A stretch of 64,000 nucleotides of DNA, from positions 609,392 to 673,391 of the forward strand of contig ML992505.1 in NCBI GenBank assembly GCA_010093995.1. The letters are read 5' to 3'. How positions within the stretch are numbered: position 1 is the stretch's first letter; the number at the start of each line of letters is the position of its first letter. The notes below the pieces were generated by a model. The model was not told the DNA's origin. It saw nothing but the letters and a program-made list of their open reading frames with translations, and did not search any database. Positions 46,937 to 59,700 of this stretch are shown here, piece by piece. Source of the stretch: Elsinoe ampelina (taxonomy: Eukaryota). The translations under genes and the position numbers were made by a program.

Positions 46937-47999
46937 TTGGCAAAGGCTGTATCTCACCGGCGTGTGAGACTGTGTTGTCAAATGGTAGCGGAAAGCGACA
47001 AAGCGCTGGCCATTGACATGAAAGAAGGCGACAAGGAGACAAAAGAGCAGACCTACATACCAGCCTGGCAGCTTATAGCCTCGACCGAACATTCTCAGAC
47101 ATCATGGGACCAACATTATTCGAGTGGTGACGGGCAGTCCATATTGCGGCACAGTTCGAAGTGGATCTTGCTCAGCCGCAGAATTTTGCAACGGGGTATG
47201 GTCCGGTGTACAACAGATGTCTGCCAAGGACGAGCTGAGTGGTAGTCGGCCAATGGCATTAAATGGATAGACGCTGGCGCAGGGATGAATGGTCGATGCG
47301 AGATGAAGAAAGGCGCACGTGAGTCGAGGGCGATGCTCTATTTTGTGGTTGACCAAGGCGGACCGGGGAATGAACACCTGCTTGATATGGTTTGGGCAGA
47401 CCAGCCACATGTCTGCATCCGCATCTTTACGGTGTCTGGGCATGTAGTCCAGATGGTAATCTACATGTTATTGATGCCGAAGGTTTGTACGAGGGGCATT
47501 TGCCTTTTTCCTGGTAGAGGTGACACGGAGAGAAAGTGTATCGTGGAAGAGGGATGATCTCATAGCTTCCTTCCCATCGCATGTCCGGATAGATACCAGG
47601 CATGAGTGAGGACGGGGGTTGATCGAGATTTGGTCTTTGGTATCGCGTGGACTATCAAATCGTACCTTGCAGATGATGTGCAAACTACTGAACATGGGAC
47701 AGGGATTTTTTTAATTTTTAGAAGAGCGAGATGCGGACGGTGGGACCGTTTCGAGGCTAACGGCGATCCCCTAACTGTTCTAGAACTAGTGCCCTGTTGG
47801 GGGCGCCCTGTCAAATGCGAACGCCTTGTCTTTCCTCCTCTTCCCGTATCCATCTATCTTCAGCTGAACAAATCGAGGCCGCTGTCTGACACCCATACCA
47901 GGCTTCCTTGTCGACAAATGTCTGTCTCTTCTGGTTGTCTCTCGACGCGGTAGCAGTGGTACTCCTGAGCAAACAACCACTGCATGAGGTTGTCTCAAC

Positions 48000-50028
48000 A
48001 TGTCCGCGTCTCTCAGGACGATTCTGTTGATCTTCTGCCTCGGGCTGTATACGACCGCTCATAGCCTGAGTGCTCGTGCGACCGAGAACAAGACCATCTC
48101 ACCGGTCACAGTCACTCCATCAGATGACTGGTAAGCATGTACAAGCAGCCGATCACAATCTCAATCACTCACATCTTTCAAGGGACGGTGTAGACGGCTC
48201 TTGGTCTTCTTTTAACATTCACGTCGGCACACCTCCACAATACTTTCGCGTCTTTGCGTCATGGCAGGGATATCAGACATGGGTCATCCATCCCGAAGGA
48301 TGCGCGCCCAATGATGAGACCTGTATTGACAGGCGGGGAGGAGTCTTCAACATGAACAATAGCAAAACATGGGATGAAGTTGGTCTCTATTCTTTGGCAA
48401 TGCAGCAGAATCTTGGTCTCGGAGGCAACGCTTACTTTGGATATGATGTCGTTGGACTTGGAGGTGCAGGGGAAGAAGGACCTCAATTGGAGAACTCTAC
48501 GGTCGGGGACCTGGCCGTCTACGACTTTTACATGGGCATCCTTGGACTCAACCCAAAGCCAACGAACTGGACCAGCTTTTCGAATGGTGCGCCGTCCATG
48601 ATGACTCAATTCAAGCAAAAGGGTATCATTCCAAGCGTGTCTTTTGGGTACACAGCTGGAGCGCCATACCGCTTCACCAGAGTACCCGCTTCCCTGACAC
48701 TTGGTGGATATGACACTTCGCGATTCGAGCCAAATGATATTGAATTCACTCTCGGCACGGACAACTCGCGAGACACTCTTGTCGGAGTGCAAGCCATCAC
48801 GACAACACAACAAGGAGGATCCAATACCGTACAACTCCTCCCCGATCCCATCTATGCACAGATTGATGCTACCGTCGCCGAACTATACCTTCCTATCGCT
48901 GCGTGTCGCGCATTTGAGGAAGAATTCGGGCTGGTCTACAATAATGACACTGAGCTATACTTGGTTAACTCGACTCTGCATCGCGATCTTATGGCAAGGA
49001 ACCCTACTGTGAGCATCACGATAGGCGAAGGTACGAGTGGGAACCCATCTACCACCATTGACTTTCCCTACGCCGCTTTCGATCTCACAGCACGAGCACC
49101 ATATTCGAATCTCAGCACGCAGAGTAATTATTTCCCTTTACGCCGTGCCGCAAACGATACGCAGTACACCTTAGGACGTACCTTCATGCAAGAGGCATAC
49201 ATTTCTGTTGACTACGAACGAGCAAAGTTCAACGTCTCCAAGGTTGTCTGGGAGCAGGACGCATCGGTCAATCTTGTCACCATTCCTCCAACATCAACAA
49301 CAGGGTCACGATCTACCTCGAGTGGCACTAGCTCTGAAACGACCAAGAAGTCTGGAATCGGAACGGGAGTCATCATTGGTATTGTCGTTGCCGCTGTTGC
49401 ACTTGTTCTGGCTGGTGTGGCCTTCTTCTTCTGGCGAAGACGTAAGCAACAAAAGGCAGCAGCGACACTCAAGCGCCATGATAGCTCCAAGTCTGAAGGG
49501 CTCTCATCTTCTGGAGAGACAGTCGTCACCGACGCTCGACCATACTTTGAGAAAGCAGAGCTGGAAGGCAACGACCCAAGCTTTGCGAAGCTCAAGCACA
49601 AGACGTCAACGATAGGCGGATCTACCATGTATAGTCCGAACAGTCCAACGTCAGCGAATAGCACTCTCATCAGTCCGATGACACCAGGTCACCATATTGG
49701 CACTTTTGCTGGAGAAAAGGACGGTGATGCCATATACGAAATGCCTGGTTGTATGCCCGACACCAATCTGGCAGACAGCAAGCAGATCACAGAGAAGGAT
49801 ATGATGCGGCATCGGGAGAAACAGTACAACGGGTACGACCCGGTGGAAGAACAGAAGCGAAAAGAGGAAGAAGCGGCCAAGGACGCCGAACGACAACGAA
49901 AGGCCAAAGTCGACGCCACTCAAATCAGACAAGCTACTGAAGAAGAAGGCGGGAACAGACGGTTTAGTTTCATAGAGGGACAGGACAGCCTGTCGCCTCT
50001 TACGCCAAAGTCGCCAAAGCCGTTTTGA
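48000..50028 (+). CDS. Type I membrane aspartic-peptidase (A1) homologue; intron 48131-48182
   Basis: Signal peptide MSASLRTILLIFCLGL; VGTPPQ, SFGYTAGA, LTLGGYD and TLGRTFMQEAY..VDYER motifs; TM helix followed by RRRK. Confidence 0.88.
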
Positions 50029-51123
50029 GGAGACATGTTGTACTAATGATTTTGTGATACCAGGCTCAACGCCACCATATTGTACAGAATTATGAATGAA
50101 TATCAATGCCACTACCGTAAAGATATCAGTCTGAAACAGGTTGGTGCTGTGAATAACTTACTTTACCTAGTCAGATGATCTATCTTTTTGGTGGAGTCTA
50201 AATATAGCACATTCATGACAGAGCCCAGGCGGATCAAGCCCGATCTCTTCCCAAGCAGGGAGCAGCCTTTTCCTGTTCCTGTCAGAATCCACAGGGTAGT
50301 TTCCACATGTTCGCATCGAGGATTCGAGGGACAGGACCCGGCCTTGAGTCCGGCCCAAGGTAGATCTATTTGAGGGGCCTTGCAGAGGCTGTTGTCTGTC
50401 AAGGTCGGACATGGTAGAGCTCTGGACGAGAAGCAGCGCTCCCTAGGCCACTGACGATAGTACAGCAGTCGCGTCTGACTGACCACTGCACTATGAACTA
50501 ATTGTAGACACAAAGCGTCATTCACCATTCACCATTCACTAATGGTCAAGCCATTTCCTTGCAATTCCTCAAGCGCTGCACAGCCCTGTTGTACCCAAAA
50601 CACGGACTGCGGAGAAACAGCTCAAGCTCAAGGGACACGATTCGGGCGGCTCTGTGGCTCTTTTTGTGGTGCCTGTCCATGTCCATGCACATGTTGTAAG
50701 GCTGGTGCACATACAGTACAGAACAGACTCTGGCGCTAAAGAACCTCGTCACTCTGCCGCAATTGTTCTCTGACCAGCTGCGGAAACCATATTATACTCG
50801 ACCTCTGCCTTTTCATTCAGCTCATCTTGTCTCCTTGCTCTCATTCCCCACCAAGAAGAAATTGCTTGGATAATATAGCTTCGTACCTTTTACAAGCCGG
50901 CCACAATTCCGGCCGCTTCTGCTCTGCTCTGCCCCACCATTTCCTTGCTTGCTGCTGCTAAGCGACGGCCTTGTTCTCTCAGCTCGACTAAGAATCTGAC
51001 ACCTCGAGGCACACATCTGGACTCACCCAGTTGACAATCTCTCACTCGCTTACTCGACTAGTCATCCTTCACCCTCGTGGCCCAAAACTTGACCTCTTTC
51101 GAATCTGATACCCCACCACCACA

Positions 51124-52672
<1,549 letters not shown>

Positions 52673-53114
52673 GCAACAGTCAAAGGCTTGGACAATCATA
52701 AAGATCCGAGCTGGCGGAGTGACTGTGAAAATGAGCATTGCGTCGAGGCATGTGTGTCAGAGGGAGCGGAGGAGCATCTGGTGTCACAGAACGACTTTTC
52801 ATGAGACTGAGGGTGATGCAGCTGGTAATGTCATGCTTGATAGATGGAGCTGGAGCTCCGATATGATATCTTATCTTTCCTCTACACTTTCTCGTGACAC
52901 TTTGTTGGTGTCGTGTCTTGCGTGTACTGTTGCTGACGATCTGCCAACGTTGGGGCGCTGGTCATGCGTGCACTATAGCCTGTGTATCCAGCCGCAGTGG
53001 CAAACTTGGCTCTTCCCCGGTCGAACATAGCATGGTAGTCGACACGCCATTATACCTGAAAGCTTTCAGGCTTCGTCGGATGGATCATAACTCATGATCA
53101 CCATGTCTCCCCTT

Positions 53115-54146
53115 TCAACCCGCCCCAGCAACAGCCATCTCCACCACCACCTTTCCCCTCTCACCTCCCAACCACCCACCCTCCCCTTCCTGCATCTCCA
53201 CCTCCACAGAAGCCTCATACCCCCTCCTAATCACCTCCTCCTCAACCCTCACATCCCCCTCGACCAACGCCCTCACCACCCCCACGACCCTCGCAATCTC
53301 CCTCCTCAGTCCCGCAGAAATCTCATCATTCTGACAACTATACATGCCCCTCGCCGCCCCTCCCTCACCAATTTCCCCTCTATCCCCTACACCCCCGGTC
53401 CCGTCCCTCCCCTCCCGGCCCCCTCCCTTAACCCCCACATGCACAACCCCATTCACCCCGACCACAACCTGCACCTCGCCCTGCCCGGTCTGCAGATCAA
53501 AAACCTGCCTCCTCCCCCTCTTCACCCCCGTGCCCCTCGCCCCTCCCACCTCGACCACCACCCCATTGCGCAACTTCCCGTACCTCAGACTCCGCGTGTG
53601 CAACCCCGCCGACCCATCGCCGAACAAAGTCTGGACTTCAGCGACAAGGACGTCGCCTTCCTCGAAGAAATTGCGCATGTTGAGCTCGTCGACGGCGGTG
53701 CGTTTGCGGAGGATCCCGCCCGGCAGGTTGATGCTGGAGAGGGGAAGGTTGCCGAGCAGGGGCCCGCGGATGTCGACTTTGAAACGCCGGGATTGGACCT
53801 CGACGATGCGGCCGATGATCAGGTCGCCGATTTCGGGGACGTAGGGGGAGTGGAGGGGGAGGATGGAGAGGAGGCGGTTGGTGCGCAGCGGGGTGCCGAG
53901 GAGGGTGGAGAGGATGGAGAAGTCGGCTGTGGAATGGGGCTGGGCTTCGGTGGTGGTGGTGGTGGTGGTGGGGAGGTAGGTCCCGTGGCCGCGCATGAAG
54001 GTCGGGGAGGTGGTGAGGGTTTGGCCTGGGGTGAGGAGGGTGGTGGGGAGGGGGAGGTCGGTGTCGAGGTCCATTTCTGAGGTGGGGGAGGAGGGGCGGG
54101 CGGGGAGAGAGGAGGGAGCGGTGGGTGGGAGGATGGAGATTGGCAT
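53115..54146 (-). CDS. RRP4: Exosome cap subunit Rrp4
   Basis: [41 protein letters not shown] and [13 protein letters not shown]. Confidence 0.95.
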   Translation of the reverse strand: MPISILPPTAPSSLPARPSSPTSEMDLDTDLPLPTTLLTPGQTLTTSPTFMRGHGTYLPTTTTTTTEAQPHSTADFSILSTLLGTPLRTNRLLSILPLHSPYVPEIGDLIIGRIVEVQSRRFKVDIRGPLLGNLPLSSINLPGGILRKRTAVDELNMRNFFEEGDVLVAEVQTLFGDGSAGLHTRSLRYGKLRNGVVVEVGGARGTGVKRGRRQVFDLQTGQGEVQVVVGVNGVVHVGVKGGGREGRDGTGGVGDRGEIGEGGAARGMYSCQNDEISAGLRREIARVVGVVRALVEGDVRVEEEVIRRGYEASVEVEMQEGEGGWLGGERGKVVVEMAVAGAG

Positions 54147-54379
54147 GATGTCGAGAGAGGAGTGCGCTTGGGGAGAGGGAGGGTTGGTGCGTGTAGATGG
54201 AGAGCAGAGTGTGGTATAAGGTAATGATGAGCTTGAGGAAGTTGTGGGCAGAATTTCGACAGAGTTCACCGCCTTGATCGCCTGCATGCAGACGTTGAAA
54301 CCTGGTTGCTTGTCACAATAACAGTACAGCAATGGCTATTGAGATATGATGTACACTCAATGTACAGATGAGCTGCTTA

Positions 54380-54524
54380 ACGTACGCCATGTAGCTTTAT
54401 GCATCCCCTCCCCTTTGTGCAACACGTGACTTCCACAACTTCCGGTAAATTTTCGGTGTCGATCGCGAAAATATGATCGGTGAGGGACCCTGAAATGCAC
54501 AAAGGGGGGGATGCACAAAGCCCC
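54380..54524 (-). mobile_element. Diverged, right-truncated relative of the pogo-like MITE at 19884-20383 (opposite orientation)
   Basis: Reverse complement TTCAGGGTCCCTCACCGATCATATTTTCGCGATCGACACCG..GAAGTCACGTG matches ~20270-20341; starts TA|ACGT. Confidence 0.8.
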
Positions 54525-54896
54525 GTTAGGTTTGTGTGCCTTCAAGTCACTATCATCACAAAATTTGCCCTCGATGAGGGTTTTAACCCGCTCAACCACA
54601 TCTTTCCTTCCTTTCCTTCCGCAATCACAATTTCCCGATAACGATTTCGACAATTTCCCTTCAACGACCTCCTCGCATGAGTTGGCCTCACTGCCGACTT
54701 GATCGTCCAAGCGTGCCCTACGCAGCGGCACGTCAGTGGCGAACACACGCGGACCCGCTCGCCTCAACGCTCCTATTACAGACATTTGATATGGCGGAGA
54801 GGCTTTCTCAAACAGGGTTTCCCTTTACCCTGCATTGTCGGAGGCAGTGCTGACGATGGTGAAGACCATCTGCCGGATGCAGCTTGACTACCGGTA

Positions 54897-55068
54897 ACGT
54901 TCTCCACGGGGTTACGAGCCTATAAGTTACCTAGAGTCAAGCCTGTGGTCTGATTCCGCCAATCACGAGCTTGAGCTCTAGGGTTTGACGGTCTTTGACC
55001 CTCGTGATTGGCGAAATCAGATCACAGGCTCGTTTCTAGGTATAGGCTCGTAACCCCGTGGAGAATGT
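54897..55068. mobile_element. Fold-back MITE, 172 bp, TA TSD, ACGT-type termini
   Basis: ACGTTCTCCACGGGGTTACGAGCCTATA / TATAGGCTCGTAACCCCGTGGAGAATGT, plus inner arms AGCCTGTGGTCTGATTCCGCCAATCACGAG / CTCGTGATTGGCGAAATCAGATCACAGGCT. Confidence 0.85.
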
Positions 55069-55918
55069 TACTTCCCATCGAGTCTCTATCCCTCGCTCGG
55101 ACGGACCCGGCGGGCCGGCAAGATAGCCCTGTCTCTGTGTATAGAAATCATCTTCCCTGTAAGATATGATAGGCACATCACCCCCCACGTGAGGGCGTGA
55201 CGTTACGAATCGGATACTCGTTGCTCGGCGATGGTTCAGAGTCCGCCCTCCGGCGCCCTGTGAATCCACATTTGCGAAGGTTTCTCGGATGGTAGGGCAA
55301 GGTATAAGTTTGGGTGCAGACCCCAATTTCTCTGTTCTCTCTCACCCTTGCGATCTCTTGCACTCGTCTTGCTCCGAGGTTGCCTTCTAGCTATGCACAC
55401 GGCAGAACGCGTGGCGCTCTGCATTGACCACTTTCAGCTAGCACTCGCTTGACGATAAGCAGCACGAACTATGCCCTGCCGACAATTCACCCTTTTCAGC
55501 TTGATGAAACGGTATCTTTGCTCCCATCAAACAATGTTGCTGCCCTGAGTGGAGCAACTCACGACATGCCTCCATTGTTTGCCGAGAGAGGTATCCAAGG
55601 GAAGGGAGGGTGCTAACTCCCACGCCATTGATTCAAGAGGTACTCGTTGGTAAAGATCAGCATCAGCGGCGTATTGTGGCGAATCATCACCAATGAAGCT
55701 GTCATTCAGCCCAAAATGATGTTCGCCTGATCATGATATTGTCGACATCATGACTCGTGGAAAGGACGATGCCTTCGGCTGCAAGCAAAATGCACATATA
55801 AAAGCAGGGCCACCGTCGACCTCTCCATGGTACCATCGCAGTAAACAAATTCCTCCACAACAGCCCTACCAGTCAAAGCTACAGCAAGTCAAACCCTGAA
55901 CCCCCCTTAGCCGACAAC

Positions 55919-56200
55919 ATGCAACTCACCAAAATCTTCCTCTTTACCACCCTCGGCGCCGGCGCCTTCGCCCAACAGGAGCAGCACGGGAAGTTCATCT
56001 GTTACGGAGCTCTTCAGAGCGACTCGGTGCCTTCCGCCCGTCGCGGTGCGTCCTACTACAACTGTCGCCCAAGGGCACAGGCGAACAAATGGAGTCGGGG
56101 TTGCAGTGCAATCACTCGCTGCCGCGGCCTTATGGCTTGCCCTGCTGGATCAAAGCTGGCGTTTGTTCTGGATAGTGGGAAAACGGAGATGCTCGAGTAG
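55919..56200 (+). CDS. Small secreted cysteine-containing protein (3' structure uncertain)
   Basis: Signal-like MQLTKIFLFTTLGAGAFA, 5 Cys, TATAAAAG ~120 bp upstream, C/A-rich leader with ACAACATG start context. Confidence 0.6.
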   Translation: MQLTKIFLFTTLGAGAFAQQEQHGKFICYGALQSDSVPSARRGASYYNCRPRAQANKWSRGCSAITRCRGLMACPAGSKLAFVLDSGKTEMLE

Positions 56201-56749
56201 ATACCTTTGGAAATCATGGGATTTTGGTGGAATTGCTCTCATGAATCAAGTGTTTGTCTCGGGAAGGGGGGCTGCAGGATCGGCCGCGACTTTCTGGTAG
56301 TAGAATCGATGGGATGGGGGAGGGAGAATATCAGACTTCATTTCTAGGGCAATTGTATAATCTTTATGGACATGAACCTTCCTCATTCGCATTTGCCATT
56401 TTGTATCAGGGCAGTCCTCGCTGTGATCAAGGGATGCTGTGTCGCCCTTGGTCTGAAGGGTGGCAGAATTTGACCAGGATTCACCGCCTTGAACTGCTCG
56501 TCTTGAAGCTGAAGAAGTTCAGGCAAAACGTGGCTTGTGACAACACATCAGGGCGGCTGGAATGGGCCCATCATTGGTCGCAATGGGGCTACATCTCTGC
56601 AATGCTGCATGCTGCCGTGAAGGCCAAGAGTGGTGTCGTTGCTCAGGTATGTATCGCACTATCATCTTTGGCAGCTACTTCCGTGTCCTCGTTCCCTAGC
56701 TACATAATCCGCTTTCCTTTCGTGTTTCTATCTACACTGATCGCCATTC

Positions 56750-59700
56750 ATGTCGTCGATGTTGGCCGACCCAGCAGATCGGCTGTCATACACTATCGGC
56801 TGGATCTGTACCCAGGTATGCGAGCAGACAGCGGCGGTGGCGTTCCTGGATGAGCGCTTCGAACCGCTTGACTCCCAAAATGGCAGCGACAACAACAGCT
56901 ACACCCTCGGCCGTGTAGGTAAGCACTATGTGGTTATTGCGATCTGCTCTGCCATGGGGCAGACGTCCGCAGCAACAGTAGCGCGAGACATGGCCCATTC
57001 ATTCCCCAATGTTCGATACGGGCTTCTGGTTGGCTTAGGTGGAGGTATACCCTCAGCCAAGCACGACATTCGACTCGGCGATGTCGTTGTGAGCATTGGG
57101 GAGGGAGCAAATCCTGCTGTGCTTCAATTCGACATGGGAAAGCAGTTGTCGGACGGTACTTTCCAGCTGATTGGTCACCTCAATCAGCCTCCCACAAGGC
57201 TGCTCACCATGATCAACAGTATACGGAGCGACCATGAGCAAGAGTCTAATGGTATTCACAAGATGGTAGAAGAAGTGGTCAAATCGATGCGTAAGGCTAC
57301 TACCCGACGGAAGTACCAGAGACCTCTCGAGCAAAGTGACATCCTGTTCAAAGCAGGCTTCGCACATACCCTAAATGACAGCCGGGGATGTCTTGAAACA
57401 TGCGCAAAAGAACAATCTCAGATTGTTTCACGCAATATCAGACTACCTGAAGACGACGATCTCTCCGTTGTCCACTACGGTCCAGTCGCATCTGCCAACA
57501 CGGTCATGTCAAATGCACTGGAAAGAGACAAGCTCCTAGCGGAGAGAGGCGTGCTATGCTGTGAGACGGCAGCGGCGGGTCTGATGAATCATTGGCCATG
57601 TCTCGTCATACGAGGCATTAGCAGCTACGCGGACTCACATCGGTCTGATGCATGGGAAGGATATGCAGCCCTATCAGCGGCAGCGTACGCGAGTTCCCTG
57701 CTCCGACGCCTCGCCTTCAATCATGTCGCAGCGGAACCGACCCTGCATGCCGCACTCGAAACACGTGAGTACGCCCCAAAACTGCTGGCACATACTCCTC
57801 AAATGCCAACGTCAGCCAAGTTCAAGCGCAAGGCGACCATATCAAGCAAAGCTTGAAGGTTGCGAGAAGCGACAAGGAAGACAGGAGACTCCGCAAGTGG
57901 CTGAATCCGGCAGACCCATCAGTGAATTACAATGCGGCAGCTTCGAAACGAGATGGTACATCTGGCGACTGGTTGCTCCGTAGCCGGCAATTTGTCGAGT
58001 GGATGTCGTCACCGAGATCGTTTCTACGGCTACACGGTATTCCCGGTTGTGGCAAGACAGTTTTGAGCTCTACTATAATATCACATCTGCGTCAGCACGA
58101 TACTGCCAGACATCATGTCTTGTACTTCTATTTCGATTTCGCGGATCGAAGCAAACAGACTCTGGAGGCCGCCGTGCGAAGCCTGCTAATACAAATGGTC
58201 GCCATGGATCCGAAGCGGGAAGAGGCGCTTCGATCCTTATGGAGATCCCACAAGAAAGGATTGAGACAACCTTCCCTTACTCTTCTTTGCGAGATCTTCC
58301 GGGGGTTCGTCATTGATGCATGTGATTGCTGGTTGGTCATGGATGCCCTGGATGAATGCACGACTAGATCTGGAAATCATGTTCACGGACTACTCGAATG
58401 GCTGAGAGACTTGTACTCTGGGACGCACTCGATGCATGTCGTTGTGACAAGTCGACCAGAAAGCGACATCAAGCTCTCTTTGGGCCGATGGACTTCTGCA
58501 AGCGATACGATATCAGTAGCTGGCGCGAACGTCCAACGCGATATCGATGCCTTCATCGGCACAAATCTGGCAGAACACTCTGCTCTCTGGAGATGGCGAG
58601 AACGTCCGGAAGTGCAGAAGGAGATCATGGATGTCTTATCCCAGAAGGCGCAAGGAATGTAAGTTCACAACGTGTAGCCTGGCTCGTCATTGGCTAATCC
58701 CGAAGGTTTCGTTGGGTGGCTTGTCAGATTGAAGCCCTCGAGCCATGTATCAATCTGTCAAGCTTGATGAGAGCACTCAATACACTGCCAACCACACTCA
58801 ACGCCACTTATGATCGTATGCTAGTTAGAGCAAGATCGGGTCCTCAGTGGAGCATGACAACGAGGTTGTTGAGAATGTTGGTCTATTCGCCTTGTACACT
58901 GAGTCTAAATGAGGCCATTCATGCTCTGGCTGTCGACATCGATAGAGATGGGGACAACGAGCTGCAAGATGTCATGCCTGTGGCAGAAGAGATCACACTT
59001 TTATGTCCTGGCCTGATAATGGTAGACGGGTCTTACTGCCGACCACAACGCGTTCAGCTGGCTCATTCCTCCGTTATGGAGTACTTCCGCTCCGGTGCTA
59101 TGGAGGAGTCTTTGCGTGCTGCGTTCGAGGAACAATCGTCCTACAACGAGCTCTTATGCGTCTGCGTAAGCTACCTCTTCCTCACGAATCGGCAATTTTC
59201 GACTTCGGGGCAATCTCAAGTGCTGTCGTGGTACAGCGAGGCTAATTGGTCTTTCTATGCCGCTCGAATCCGCACACCTCACAATCGAACTCAAAAGCTG
59301 GCCAAGGAGTTCATACTATCTACACAGCCGCGATGGCCCTCGTGGTGCCATGATGACTTCGATGTGATAATTATGGCCCAAGAGACCGATGCTCTCATTG
59401 CCGCTCTCCGCTACGCAACCTATTTCCAAATGCCATGGTTGGCAATCATCCTCGCCAGCGAGGGTGCAGATATCCTTGCTGGGGATCGCAGCCGCCTCTG
59501 TGCGCTTGAGATTGCTTACAGACTTGACGATCAACGACTAGCTTTCGAGCTCGTCCTACATGAGGCTTTGAGACCCTCCGCAGACCGGAACAGCAGAATT
59601 CTATACTTAGCTGCATGCTACGACCACTTCGACTTGGCGCGGCTATGTCTAAGACGCGGCGCTAACGCTAACGCGGTGACTGAGCATGGCGATAACGCAC

